Shown one piece after another: positions 18,449 through 27,917 of a stretch of DNA of 64,000 nucleotides. The notes under the pieces are model-generated. The model had not been told where the DNA came from and ran no database searches. It saw only the letters and a program-made list of their open reading frames with translations. Each line of letters starts with the position of its first letter. The stretch's first letter is position 1. This DNA comes from Eubacteriales bacterium (GTDB taxonomy: Bacteria > Bacillota > Clostridia > Lachnospirales > WRAX01). The position numbers and the translations under genes are program-made. The stretch spans positions 823-64,822 of the forward strand of contig JAVBOO010000024.1 in the NCBI GenBank assembly GCA_031550435.1, written 5' to 3'.

Positions 18449-19021
18449 TTATTTTTCCTGACTATCTTCCTCATCCAAAACGAGGTTCAGTATACCCCCG
18501 TACAGCGTCGAAACGTTTGTACGCCAATTTGTGCAGATATCAACCGCCTGCTGCTTTGTCACGACGGAAACGCTGAGCTCCATCAGCATCATCTCATCTT
18601 CGTAAAGCGCGCATTTTACTATGTATTCGTTATTTTTGTGGTCGAAGAAATAATTGGCAATGGTTTGAAAATCCTGCTTGACGCTTTTTCTGTTTTCGGC
18701 AACATATTTAAGCACTTTGTTCCGGGTGGACTGAAATATGTCTTTAAGAAAAAGGTCGATTGTCAGCAAACCTTCCTCTGTTATCGTATATCTCGTTGTG
18801 TTGTTATCAAGCGTTTTCTCGAGATAGCCCGCTTCCGTAAGCTCGTTCAGATATTCTGAAAGCATCAAGGTATTCAGTATACCTTCTTCCAAAATAAACT
18901 GTTCGATTTGCCCTTTAGTCATAGGTATGTCCATCTTTTCAACCAAGTACAATATGATAACTTTATGCTGTATCTTTGAAAAATCCGTTTCGGTCTCCGG
19001 AAACATGTTCTGCTGTGACAA
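18449..19021 (-). CDS. DUF4364 family protein
   Basis: MFPETETDFSKIQHKVIILYLVEKMDIPMTKGQIEQFILEEG... resembles a clostridial DUF4364 protein. The start is either TTG 19021 (AGGAGG 6 nt upstream) or ATG 19006. The rest of track ORF 18449..19276 is repeat DNA. Confidence 0.7.
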   Translation of the reverse strand: MSQQNMFPETETDFSKIQHKVIILYLVEKMDIPMTKGQIEQFILEEGILNTLMLSEYLNELTEAGYLEKTLDNNTTRYTITEEGLLTIDLFLKDIFQSTRNKVLKYVAENRKSVKQDFQTIANYFFDHKNNEYIVKCALYEDEMMLMELSVSVVTKQQAVDICTNWRTNVSTLYGGILNLVLDEEDSQEK

Positions 19022-19142
19022 ACTCCACCTCCTACCTGTAAAATATGATATCCTTGCCAAAGCGCCGAGATGATACCGGCAATAATTATAGTACAAAATC
19101 CGAGCTTTAACAAGCACAAAAAGTTTTTTGTCAAATTTTGCG

Positions 19143-19225
19143 TTATTGATACCCCTATACCGGCCATGCGGGCCAAATGTGGATTGAGCGACAAGTTTAG
19201 CAAATGGTTTAATTATCGCATCAAG
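19143..19225 (-). repeat. family A repeat, copy A7 (lacks the GATTAAACC hairpin)
   Basis: TTATTGATACCCCTATACCGGCCATGCGGGCC...ATTGAGCGACAAGTTTAGCAAATGGTTTAATTATCGCATCAA aligns with the A copies but has an internal deletion. Confidence 0.65.
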
Positions 19226-19280
19226 AAGAACAAACTTTAAAGGCCTGCTCACCTTTTTTTGCGGCAAGCAGACCATTTAT

Positions 19281-19399
19281 GGGCATGTTGAAAAATTGCC
19301 TTGCGGCTTTCCCTATAAAATGGAAAATCACTATTTTCCAAGGGAGAGCGCCGCTCGCTCAGACCAATTCTTAGTCTTCGTACGCAATTTTCAACACTT
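19281..19399 (-). repeat. family C MITE-like element, copy C1
   Basis: The ends are GGGCATGTTGAAAAATTGCC... and ...GCAATTTTCAACACTT (inverted termini). Flanking 7-mers are CATTTAT (19274..19280) and CCTTTAT (19400..19406). Confidence 0.75.
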
Positions 19400-19410
19400 C
19401 CTTTATAGTT

Positions 19411-19435
19411 GTTTAAGCCAAAAACGGTCTTAAAC
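19411..19435 (+). repeat. family D 25-nt hairpin repeat, copy D1
   Basis: GTTTAAGCCAAAAACGGTCTTAAAC differs from 49249..49273 at one position. Confidence 0.6.
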
Positions 19436-19450
19436 AATGCCCTTTACACC

Positions 19451-20164
19451 TCAGCCTTTAAGAGGACTGATTTTTATGTTTTCAACGCTAAACCCCGTCT
19501 GCCTCTTTACTATGTCTTCGATCTGAACCAGCTCCGCGTCCGAAAGCACTTTTTTACTGACTATTACTTCGACGCCTGCATCACCGATGCAAACATAGGC
19601 CTCTGTGAAGCCCTTTGCCTCTATCATAGCTTCTGTCGTGGTTTCAGCCTCGGTTCTCTGGCGGATTGTTTGAACCTGATCGGCAAATTTTGCTCTCTGG
19701 TCTTTTTCAAGGTTTGTGCTGTTAATGAGCTGCATTAGTGTTTCTCTGTCCTTGCTTCTCGCCTGCTCGCGTTCCAGCTTTGCTTCAACGAAGAAAGACG
19801 AATCGTTTGTTGAGTTTACAAACACGGCTGTTCCCGGCTCTCTTTCCGTACTTTCGTTTGTGCCGGTACTTTCGTTTGTGCTCGTGCTGCCGCTGCCCTC
19901 CTGCTCTGTCAGCGCGATGCCGATTTCGCTGTTTACGAGTGCGTTCCCCGTAATTTCGTCGCCCGAACCGTTTTTAATTACCGCAACCTCCTGCCCCGTC
20001 GTTTCGTCGAGTATGTACAATTGGTCCGTATTCGAGTTTTCCTCGATATTAGCGACATTGTCGTTGTTTGCTTTCTTGCCGTCAACGTAATTCAAATAAC
20101 CCGCAAAACCTATCATTAATACGAGAGCGGTAATGATCACGGAATTTCTTTTGATAACAAACAT
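19451..20164 (-). CDS. spoIIIAH: stage III sporulation protein AH
   Basis: 237 aa with an N-terminal TM helix (VIITALVLMIGFAGYLNY) and a polar linker. It is the last gene of the spoIIIA operon. Confidence 0.8.
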   Translation of the reverse strand: MFVIKRNSVIITALVLMIGFAGYLNYVDGKKANNDNVANIEENSNTDQLYILDETTGQEVAVIKNGSGDEITGNALVNSEIGIALTEQEGSGSTSTNESTGTNESTEREPGTAVFVNSTNDSSFFVEAKLEREQARSKDRETLMQLINSTNLEKDQRAKFADQVQTIRQRTEAETTTEAMIEAKGFTEAYVCIGDAGVEVIVSKKVLSDAELVQIEDIVKRQTGFSVENIKISPLKG

Positions 20165-20221
20165 TTATTGATCCTCCTGCAAATTTTATTGGATATACCT
20201 TTTGATGCCGGTACCTGCCCG

Positions 20222-20833
20222 TTACTTCATTTTCAACACAGATACCTTGTGCGGCTCTATGCCGAGTGAAGCGCTTGCCGCCTTTATAAGCGCGTCTCTT
20301 ATAAATGCATTGTCTCCTCCCTTCGCAACAATAATAGCTCCTTCTATTTGAGGTCTGTATTCTTTCAGCACAAAAGGGGCCTCACTGCCGTCAGGGCTCT
20401 TGACCGTAACGGTTTTTTCGTCCGTTTTTTGCTGGTTTACGGTTCTTGTTCCGCCGTTTACATCCTTTTCCTCGGTAACCGCAATGTCTTCGGAAACATC
20501 AGTCGCCGGCACTTTTTCGGCGCCTTGCTTAAACGTCAGAAACACTTTAACATCGCCCGCTCCGTCTACAAGCGAAAGTATCGCCTCCAGCTTTTCGGAT
20601 AACAAAGTCTCGTAGTCAGGCTGTAACGTCGGCTGGGTTACATACACAGGCGTTTGGTTATTGTCCTGCGAAACCCCGGGGACATCAAAAACCGTTTTGC
20701 TCAGGATTAGAAGCGCCACCCCCACACAGAACATGAGTAACAGCAGATAAAGTCGTTTGTTGTCCTTTTCCTTGAAAAGATTTTTAAAAAAACTCAAGTA
20801 TATGCCCCCGTTCCTCTTTGGTTTAACGGGCAA
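20222..20833 (-). CDS. spoIIIAG: stage III sporulation protein AG
   Basis: An N-terminal TM helix and C-terminal PQIEGAIIVAKGGDNAFIRDALIKAASASLGIEPHKVSVLKM, as in SpoIIIAG. The start is uncertain: TTG 20833, or TTG 20797 behind GGGGG. Confidence 0.8.
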   Translation of the reverse strand: MPVKPKRNGGIYLSFFKNLFKEKDNKRLYLLLLMFCVGVALLILSKTVFDVPGVSQDNNQTPVYVTQPTLQPDYETLLSEKLEAILSLVDGAGDVKVFLTFKQGAEKVPATDVSEDIAVTEEKDVNGGTRTVNQQKTDEKTVTVKSPDGSEAPFVLKEYRPQIEGAIIVAKGGDNAFIRDALIKAASASLGIEPHKVSVLKMK

Positions 20834-20834
20834 C

Positions 20835-21470
20835 TCATCTTTTAGAAACGTCGTCCGCTACAGTAATATATATATTGTCATAAGACAAATTATAGAAGTC
20901 GGAAATAACTTTTTTTATGCTTAATATGTCAGGACTATCGGGTTCGGGAGCGCCGGTTCTTATGGGTGAAAACACTGACACCGACTCCACAGAGACAGGT
21001 TCGATTCTTATGAGCGGTTTCTGTGTCGGCTCGGCCGCTTTTTCTCTCAGCGTCACGCTGACAGCCAATATGGTCCCGAAGCCGTCTTCCGTCGAGTCTA
21101 TACTGAAGTCCGAACTGATAAATTCGAACACTCCCCCGGCATTAATTTTTTCTTTGGTCTGCTCGTTCAGCCTTGCCTTGTATTCACTGATAACAAGCTG
21201 TTTGTTGCTCTCGGTGTAAAACGCCGCCTCTTTGGAAATAACATCCGTGTTGATCTGACCCGTCAGCTTATCGACTATCTCATCCACAGGCGCGGAAAAG
21301 CCGCCGATAAGCGTTTGCAGCGGTGAGAGCACGATAAAAATCATCACAAAGCCAAGCGTTAAGTTCACAAACTTTTTGTACTTGGAATTCGGAACTATCA
21401 TTTCTACAAAAGCTGTAAAAATAATAAATACGGCAACATTCCTTATATATGAAGAAAAGCTTTCAAGCAA
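20835..21470 (-). CDS. spoIIIAF: stage III sporulation protein AF
   Basis: 211 aa. The N-terminal YIRNVAVFIIFTAFVEMIVPNSKYKKFVNLTLGFVMIFIVLSPL is typical of SpoIIIAF. Confidence 0.8.
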   Translation of the reverse strand: MLESFSSYIRNVAVFIIFTAFVEMIVPNSKYKKFVNLTLGFVMIFIVLSPLQTLIGGFSAPVDEIVDKLTGQINTDVISKEAAFYTESNKQLVISEYKARLNEQTKEKINAGGVFEFISSDFSIDSTEDGFGTILAVSVTLREKAAEPTQKPLIRIEPVSVESVSVFSPIRTGAPEPDSPDILSIKKVISDFYNLSYDNIYITVADDVSKR

Positions 21471-21484
21471 CGCCCTGCACCCCC

Positions 21485-22642
21485 TTATAACGACAGCGTT
21501 ATCATCGCCGCAAACATAAACAGTACGGTTACGAGAACGCAGGCCCCCAGAAGCAGTACAGCATAAGACCCGGTAGCGTCTATCGCCTTAACAATTCTCG
21601 GCTCGCTTATCGGCTGAATAAGCCCTGCCGTCAGCTTAAAAATCAACATAAGCGCAAGCAGCTTCAGTATGGGTGCGGCGCATATCATTACCATAACGAT
21701 TATCAGGGCGACCATTGTTCCGGTTTTGACTGCTCCGGCCCATATCGACACTGTGTCAACCGCTCCCGTCAAAGCCTGGCCGACAAACGGCACAACGTTT
21801 ATAACGGCTTTAGCGGACTTTGTCACCCCGTTGGAAAGTATCGGTGCGCTGAGACCTTGCAGCGAAAGTATGCCGATAAAAAGAACGGCTATACCCTTCA
21901 TCACCCAGCCGACAGTTTTTGTAACAAGCTCGGACAGCTTTGTAAGTAAAGCCCTGTCCGATATATGATTAACAAGCTCAAGCCCCGCGGCAACTGTGAT
22001 TACAGTTAAAATAACGTCCCTGACAAACTTGACTGTAAAACTGTTTATAAACAGCAGCATGGGATTTATTACATATGCCGTCGTAACTTTGCCCGACATG
22101 TACAAAAGACTCATCATCACGGGAATTGAGGCCTCCATGAGAGAGCATACCTCAGATATAAGCCCGTGCGCTATTCCGACACAGATATTCAGCGATGAAA
22201 CAAGCAAAATCGTGATTACTATATAAGTAACAAAAAAACCGACCTCGGATATACCGTCTTGTTTAAATGACGAAGAAAGGTTTTTGAATAACGCGCCGAT
22301 TATGGAAATCAGCACCATGTTTTTCATAAGTGACGCAAACGAACCTATCTCGGAAAAAAGTCCCGAAAGAATGTATCTGAATATACTGTCGGGCGAAACG
22401 TCAATTTCACCGCGAATGGCTCTGAAAATCAGGTCTTTTAAATCCGCGCTTTTCACCGGCACGGTTTTAGAGCTTTTTATAACATCGCCTATACTGTCCA
22501 AATCCAGTATTTCAAGCTGGCTGTCGATGTTTCTCTGAATCTCCGCATCTTCAAGATATGTTTCACCCGCTGAAACGGCAAAAGGACAGATAATAACGGC
22601 AAACAGCATAAACACGGCAACAACAGAAAGCGCTTTTTTCAT
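21485..22642 (-). CDS. spoIIIAE: stage III sporulation protein AE
   Basis: 385 aa with a signal peptide and a polytopic membrane body. Operon position fits. Confidence 0.85.
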   Translation of the reverse strand: MKKALSVVAVFMLFAVIICPFAVSAGETYLEDAEIQRNIDSQLEILDLDSIGDVIKSSKTVPVKSADLKDLIFRAIRGEIDVSPDSIFRYILSGLFSEIGSFASLMKNMVLISIIGALFKNLSSSFKQDGISEVGFFVTYIVITILLVSSLNICVGIAHGLISEVCSLMEASIPVMMSLLYMSGKVTTAYVINPMLLFINSFTVKFVRDVILTVITVAAGLELVNHISDRALLTKLSELVTKTVGWVMKGIAVLFIGILSLQGLSAPILSNGVTKSAKAVINVVPFVGQALTGAVDTVSIWAGAVKTGTMVALIIVMVMICAAPILKLLALMLIFKLTAGLIQPISEPRIVKAIDATGSYAVLLLGACVLVTVLFMFAAMITLSL

Positions 22643-22666
22643 ATGTACACCCGTCTTTCCTCACGG

Positions 22667-23053
22667 TTATGGCAAAAGATAAACAACCTGGTTCACCAGC
22701 GCGAAAATTATCGGGGCGGATACCGTCATTATTAGTATCTTTCCGCCCATTTCTATCTTTGATGCAATCGCCCCTTCCCCCGCATCCGCCGCAATCTGAG
22801 AAGAGAACTCGGAAATATAAGCGATACCGAGTATTTTTAGTATCGGCTCAACAAAAGGAACAGAGCTTTGTATCTTGCCGGCTGTGTTGTTTATAAGGTC
22901 AAACACCGCCGAAAGCTTCGGAAGCACCATAACTATAATCAGCACTGAAGCCGCAAGCCCGACCATAACGGAAAACGTAGGATTGTCCCTCTTTATCGCT
23001 ATACTCAAAACGACCGCTATAATGCCGACTGAAGCAATTTGAGTTATATTCAT
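22667..23053 (-). CDS. spoIIIAD: stage III sporulation protein AD
   Basis: 128-aa membrane protein containing ILGIAYISEFSSQIAADAGEGAIASKIEMGGKILI, as in SpoIIIAD. Confidence 0.85.
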   Translation of the reverse strand: MNITQIASVGIIAVVLSIAIKRDNPTFSVMVGLAASVLIIVMVLPKLSAVFDLINNTAGKIQSSVPFVEPILKILGIAYISEFSSQIAADAGEGAIASKIEMGGKILIMTVSAPIIFALVNQVVYLLP

Positions 23054-23126
23054 GAAATCACCTTTGGCTTATGTAAAAGTTTAAAAACTGCGCACAAACC
23101 CGCTTGGCGGGTTGAGCGAGCGGCAG

Positions 23127-23321
23127 TTATAACTTAAACAGTGTCTGTACCTCAGTAAAGAGCCGGCTTATATACCCGATTACCCAGAACAATACAACCA
23201 CGAGCCCTGCAAGAGTTGTCATCGTTGCCTGTTCCTCTCTGCCCGAATGCTTCAGCACCTGGTTAAGCACCGACACGAGTATTCCGACCGCCGCTATCTG
23301 AAAAATTACGGTAATATCCAT
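23127..23321 (-). CDS. spoIIIAC: stage III sporulation protein AC
   Basis: 64-aa protein with two TM helices, IFQIAAVGILVSVLNQVLKHSGREEQA. Confidence 0.85.
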   Translation of the reverse strand: MDITVIFQIAAVGILVSVLNQVLKHSGREEQATMTTLAGLVVVLFWVIGYISRLFTEVQTLFKL

Positions 23322-23334
23322 TTAGCACCCGCTT

Positions 23335-23868
23335 TCAAATCAATACTACGGTTACCAGCAAGCCCGACATTATTCCGAGGCTTGTGAACAAATTTTTGTT
23401 TTTCGCCGCGTTTTCTCGCAGCTCGGCGCATTTAAGGTCTATATAGTCAGTCAGCATGGTCATCCCCGAGAGTTGCAGCCGCTTGTCGATGTAGCCGAGA
23501 GTCTGACCCATTTCAGCTATCATTTCGGAATCCTCGGTTGTCAGATACGAATTTTTCAAGGCAGAGTCCACAGACTTTACCCATGCCGTATACGCCGTCT
23601 CACTTTCGTCTTTCATGTTTATATGCATCTGATTAAACAGCGCCGATATTATCCCCGTGCATTTTTCCGATATGTCCAGCACTGCTTCCGGCAAAAGTAT
23701 CACGGAGTATTCAATGCTCGAACGAAGCATGTTTAACGCTCTTTTCATCTCTGTAAGCTCCGCCGCCCTGTACTCGCCGCGCTTTGAAAAATAGTAGCCG
23801 ATAAGTGTTCCCGAAAACACGGCGACTAGGCTGCCTATATACTTAAGCATCGCTATCAAACCTTTCAT
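23335..23868 (-). CDS. spoIIIAB: stage III sporulation protein AB
   Basis: 177 aa with TM helices at the N- and C-termini around a helical domain. Operon position fits. The start may be the Met at 23850. Confidence 0.8.
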   Translation of the reverse strand: MKGLIAMLKYIGSLVAVFSGTLIGYYFSKRGEYRAAELTEMKRALNMLRSSIEYSVILLPEAVLDISEKCTGIISALFNQMHINMKDESETAYTAWVKSVDSALKNSYLTTEDSEMIAEMGQTLGYIDKRLQLSGMTMLTDYIDLKCAELRENAAKNKNLFTSLGIMSGLLVTVVLI

Positions 23869-24790
23869 ATTCTTTATTATAGAGGCCTGTCACCTCGCCG
23901 GGATGAGTCTTGTAACCCAAGCAAACGAACAGCTCGAATATTTTTGCTTCCATGAGTGCTTTCATCCGCGGCCGCTTCAAAACATCGTCCAAATCGTTGC
24001 CGTGAACCGTGCATATTACTTTTATTCCGGCGTTTGCAAGCTCAAATACGGCGTTTATATCGTCACTCCCCCCGATCTCGTCAACCGCTATTACCTGCGG
24101 CGACATCGAGCGCAGAAGCAAAGCCATGGCCTGCGGCTTCGGAGCGGAATCAATGACATCCGTTCTATTGCCAACGTCGTTTTGCGGAATACCCATGTAG
24201 CAGGCCGCAATTTCGGAGCGTTCGTCTGCGATTCCTACATTTGCACCCTTAAAAGCACCTGTCCCGTTTGAAATCAACCTTATCGCATCCCTGAGCATTG
24301 TTGTCTTGCCGCACATCGGCGGCGATATTATCATCACATGCTTAAGGCTTGGAAACACTATCCTGCTTATAACCCCAGCGGCGCAACCTTTGACCTCCCT
24401 CGCAATACGCAGATTAATTGAAGAGACATGCCGAAAAGTCTTTATTCGGCCGTTCTCTGTAACTGCTTGTCCGCAAATACCGGCCCTGTGTCCGCCTTTT
24501 AGAGTTAAAAATCCGTTTCTGATATCGTCCTCAAACGCATAAAGCGAATGCTTGCTTATAATATCCAGCGTGGACTTGACATCACTGTATGTCGGAAAAT
24601 AAGCACTATCGCCTCTTTCGCTCAGCTCGCCGCCTGCCGTCACAAACATCGTCTCATTGCCGATACTGACCGCAAGCGGCCTTTCCGCTCGTATTCTCAG
24701 TTCCGACAGCCTCTCCGCCGCTATGTTTTTGCTTGACAGAACAACTTTTAGCGCAGGCGGCATATAGCTAAGCAGCTCTTCTTTTATCAT
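23843..24790 (-). CDS. spoIIIAA: stage III sporulation protein AA (ATPase)
   Basis: Walker A motif ISPPMCGKTTMLRD and Walker B motif VIAVDEIG. The start is placed at MIKEELL behind GGGAG. The upstream codons of the track ORF run into repeat C3. Confidence 0.85.
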   Translation of the reverse strand: MIKEELLSYMPPALKVVLSSKNIAAERLSELRIRAERPLAVSIGNETMFVTAGGELSERGDSAYFPTYSDVKSTLDIISKHSLYAFEDDIRNGFLTLKGGHRAGICGQAVTENGRIKTFRHVSSINLRIAREVKGCAAGVISRIVFPSLKHVMIISPPMCGKTTMLRDAIRLISNGTGAFKGANVGIADERSEIAACYMGIPQNDVGNRTDVIDSAPKPQAMALLLRSMSPQVIAVDEIGGSDDINAVFELANAGIKVICTVHGNDLDDVLKRPRMKALMEAKIFELFVCLGYKTHPGEVTGLYNKEYERFDSDA

Positions 24791-24882
24791 TCGTATCAAC
24801 TCCCGAATTTTGCATTCCGATAAGCCTAGCGCCGGGTAAATCCGTCCTTGATGATTAGTCTGCGCGGCTTTCGGCAATTATA

Positions 24883-24932
24883 TTGCATGTTGAAAATTGC
24901 CCTGCGGGTTTCGTGAGCAATTTCAAACACTT
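24883..24932 (-). repeat. family C element, short internally deleted copy C3
   Basis: GCATGTTGAAAATTGCC-ctgcgggtttcgtga-GCAATTTCAAACACTT keeps both termini and loses the core. There is no clear flanking duplication. Confidence 0.6.
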
Positions 24933-24977
24933 CTACATAACTATATTTCTTGTTGGGACGAGTTATGACAAATTCGG

Positions 24978-25016
24978 GCGTAAGTATTTTATGCGGTATT
25001 TAACTTCCGCGGTAAT
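24978..25016 (-). repeat. family B repeat, fragment B1
   Basis: GCGTAAGTATTTTATGCGGTATTTAACTTCCGCGGTAAT matches the left arm and core of family B. Confidence 0.7.
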
Positions 25017-25086
25017 AATATTTTCCCGATACTGTTGAATTTTAAGAATAACCGCGTCTTTGGCCGGCCTTCTCTTTCTCGCTACG

Positions 25087-25115
25087 TTGACTGCGGGTGC
25101 GATTTGTAGTATAGT
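25087..25115 (+). promoter_or_regulatory. sigma-A-type promoter upstream of glnS
   Basis: TTGACT (25087..25092), a 17-nt spacer, then TATAGT (25110..25115). This leaves a leader of about 185 nt before the glnS ATG. Confidence 0.55.
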
Positions 25116-25306
25116 AAATACTGATATTGTGGCGGTATCCGATTCTTACGTTATACCGCAATCCGGAAATAATATTCCGCAGCAACCGATTCGGAATAGG
25201 TAAGAACTATGGACACTTGTCTGCCGCAAAGATTTTTTAAGAAGGTTTACTAAAAAGATTTTTTAAGAAAATTCAAATAAAATCAGAAGCTCTCGGAGGA
25301 CGTCAT

Positions 25307-26968
25307 ATGAGTGAAGAAAAGTCATTTTCAATGAGCGAAACAGCTAATTTTATACATGAATGTATTAAGAACGACCTCGGTGAAAACACACAAAATATAG
25401 TTACACGTTTCCCGCCCGAACCAAACGGCTATCTGCACATCGGTTCGGCAAAGGCAGTGTACACAAATTTCCGTATGGCGGAAATTTACGGCGGAAAATG
25501 CAACCTGCGCTTTGATGATACAAATCCCATGCGGGAAGATGTCGAGTACGTCAACTCCATTAAAAACGACATCGAATGGCTCGGATTTAAGCTCGGAGAC
25601 AGAATATTCTACGCATCGGACTACTTTGATAAAATGTACAACTGCGCCGTAAAGCTTATCGAAAAAGGAAAGGCCTTTGTATGCGACCTTACGGCGGAAC
25701 AGATAAAAGAATACAGGGGCACGCTTTCAACACCGGGCAAAGAAAGCCCTTTCAGAAACCGAACAATCGAGGAAAATCTCCGCTTGTTCTCGGCTATGAA
25801 AAACGGTGAATTTAAAGACGGAGAAAAAACTCTCAGAGCGAAGATAGACATGTTCCGCCCGAATATAAACATGCGAGACCCGATTATCTACCGCATAGCA
25901 CATGTAACGCACCATAACTCGGGCGATAAATGGTGTATCTATCCGATGTACGACTATGCCCATCCACTGGAAGATGCGTTTGAGGGTATTACCCACTCTC
26001 TGTGCTCTATCGAGTTTGAAGACCACAGACCGCTTTATGACTGGTTTATAAACGAGCTTGACTTTGAGGTAAAACCGAGACAAATTGAATTTGCAAAATT
26101 TTACATCAAGAATACTGTTATGGGCAAGCGTTATCTGCGTCAACTTGTTGAAAACAACGAGGTTGACGGCTGGGACGACCCTCGAATGGTGACACTCGCC
26201 GGACTTCGGCGCAGAGGTTATACCCCGGAAGCCCTGAGGAATTTTCTTGAGCAAACCGGCGTCTCAAAGGCGATGAGCGTCGTTGACTACAGTTATCTCG
26301 AACACTTTGCGCGCGAAGACTTGAAAACAAAGTCAAAAGTTATAATGGCCGTACTTGACCCGATTAAGGTAGTAATAACAAACTACCCGGAGGGCAAGGT
26401 CGAAATGCTTGAAATCGAAAACAATCAAGAAAACGAGGCTATGGGAACGAGACTTGTGCCCTTCTCGAAAGAATTGTACGTCGAAAGAGACGATTTTATG
26501 GAGGACGCCCCTTCAAAGTTCTTCAGGCTGAGCGTTGGCAAAGAAGTTCGTTTCAAAGGCGCGTATTTTATCACATGCAATGAGGTTGTAAAAGACAAAA
26601 GCGGCAATATTATACAGCTAAACTGCACATATGATGAAGAAACAAGAAGCGGCTCCGGCTTTAACGGAAGAAAGGTCAAAGGAACCATCCACTGGGTTTC
26701 GGCGCAGCATGCCGTTAAAATCGAAGCAAGGTTGTTTGACTTCCTCGTTTTCAGTGATGACAGCGAACAGGGCTACCATAAAAACCCAAGTTCGATTGTT
26801 AAAATGCAGAACGCCTACGCTGAGCCGTGCGTAAACGAAGCAAACTATGACGATAGATTTCAATTTATCAGAAATGGGTATTTCTGCCTTGACTCCAGAG
26901 ACTCCAGACCCGGAGCACTCGTATTTAACCGCATAGTACCGCTGAAAAGCTCTTATAAACCCGAATAA
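25307..26968 (+). CDS. glnS: glutamine--tRNA ligase
   Basis: 553 aa with the class I HIGH motif ([13 protein letters not shown]), a KMSKS-like TVMGKR and the GlnRS anticodon-binding C-terminal half. GGAGGA lies upstream of the ATG. Confidence 0.9.
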   Translation: MSEEKSFSMSETANFIHECIKNDLGENTQNIVTRFPPEPNGYLHIGSAKAVYTNFRMAEIYGGKCNLRFDDTNPMREDVEYVNSIKNDIEWLGFKLGDRIFYASDYFDKMYNCAVKLIEKGKAFVCDLTAEQIKEYRGTLSTPGKESPFRNRTIEENLRLFSAMKNGEFKDGEKTLRAKIDMFRPNINMRDPIIYRIAHVTHHNSGDKWCIYPMYDYAHPLEDAFEGITHSLCSIEFEDHRPLYDWFINELDFEVKPRQIEFAKFYIKNTVMGKRYLRQLVENNEVDGWDDPRMVTLAGLRRRGYTPEALRNFLEQTGVSKAMSVVDYSYLEHFAREDLKTKSKVIMAVLDPIKVVITNYPEGKVEMLEIENNQENEAMGTRLVPFSKELYVERDDFMEDAPSKFFRLSVGKEVRFKGAYFITCNEVVKDKSGNIIQLNCTYDEETRSGSGFNGRKVKGTIHWVSAQHAVKIEARLFDFLVFSDDSEQGYHKNPSSIVKMQNAYAEPCVNEANYDDRFQFIRNGYFCLDSRDSRPGALVFNRIVPLKSSYKPE

Positions 26969-27030
26969 CAAATGCGTCCGTACCGGAGTTTGAGCGGCTC
27001 TGCCCAAAAATACATCTCCGCAGGATTATC

Positions 27031-27143
27031 ATTGAGGCGACAGTCAAAACATTCGCTAAACCTGTCGCCTCAATCCCCCTTATGCCCGCAGGGCCGGTAT
27101 AAGGTAATGATTAAACCGCATGGTTTAATCGGTGGATCAATAA
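27031..27143 (+). repeat. family A repeat, copy A3 (full length)
   Basis: ATTGAGGCGACAG...CTGTCGCCTCAAT (perfect 12-bp stem), CCTTAT..ATAAGG, GATTAAACCGCATGGTTTAATC, ...GATCAATAA. Confidence 0.85.
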
Positions 27144-27148
27144 CACCA

Positions 27149-27196
27149 TAAAAAACTGTATCATTCGTTTTCGTAATCGAATGATACAGTTTTTTG
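27149..27196. terminator. bidirectional-looking intrinsic terminator between glnS and spmA
   Basis: A 13-bp stem (ACTGTATCATTCG / CGAATGATACAGT) flanked by an A-run on the left and TTTTTT on the right. Confidence 0.7.
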
Positions 27197-27278
27197 CTTT
27201 GCCGCAAAAAATTCTTGTACGACTATTATTAATTTCTCGTGAATATACTCATGTAAAGACCAAGCTCGGGGGAGCGCC

Positions 27279-27875
27279 ATGCTTAATTATATCTGGGCAG
27301 TTATGATACTGATTTCGATTGTAGTCGCTGCTTTTACCGGAAGACTCGATGCCATAACGCCTGCCGTTATATCAAGCGCGCAAGAAGCTATCACGCTTGC
27401 AACGACTATGCTCGGCGTTGTCGCGATGTGGACCGGGATAATGAAAATCGCCGAAAAATCCGGGCTGACGGAAAAGCTTTCAAACGGAATGTCGCCGTTT
27501 CTTTTGAAGCTGTTTCCCGAGTTGAATAAAAAAAGCAAGGCGCTGCAATACATTTCCGCAAACGTGATAGCAAACCTGCTCGGCCTGGGCTGGGCGGCTA
27601 CGCCGGCAGGGCTCAAAGCTATGGAGGAACTGCAAAAGATCAACCCGGACAAAAAGACAGCCTCGCGTTCAATGTGCATGTTCCTGATTTTTAATATGTC
27701 AAGTCTCCAGCTTGTTTCTATTAACATTGTTGCCTACAGGGCGCAGTACGGCTCAGCCAATCCCGCGGATATAATCGGGCCCGGGCTGCTTGCAACTGCG
27801 GTTTCGACTATAGTCGGAATAACCGCGGCAATTGTATTTGAGAAAATCACGTTCAAAAACAGATATCGCCGATAA
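27279..27875 (+). CDS. spmA: spore maturation protein A (nucleoside-recognition-domain membrane protein)
   Basis: 198-aa polytopic protein starting MLNYIWAVMILISIVVAAFTG. It is paired with spmB. Confidence 0.8.
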   Translation: MLNYIWAVMILISIVVAAFTGRLDAITPAVISSAQEAITLATTMLGVVAMWTGIMKIAEKSGLTEKLSNGMSPFLLKLFPELNKKSKALQYISANVIANLLGLGWAATPAGLKAMEELQKINPDKKTASRSMCMFLIFNMSSLQLVSINIVAYRAQYGSANPADIIGPGLLATAVSTIVGITAAIVFEKITFKNRYRR

Positions 27876-27917
27876 AAAAAGCCGGCTGCACCGCTCGGCA
27901 TTAAACGGGAGTACAAC

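Noticed and set aside
24854-24884. A sigma-E-type promoter upstream of spoIIIAA (ATATAAT-14 nt-CAGACTAAT on the minus strand).
   Set aside because: The match to the SigE consensus is loose and the site overlaps the C3 repeat. That is not strong enough to list as a feature.
25116-25306. T-box riboswitch upstream of glnS.
   Set aside because: I could not find the conserved T-box sequence (…GGGTGGTACCGCG-like), a specifier-loop or AG-bulge layout, or a terminator/antiterminator pair. I report it only as an unexplained leader.
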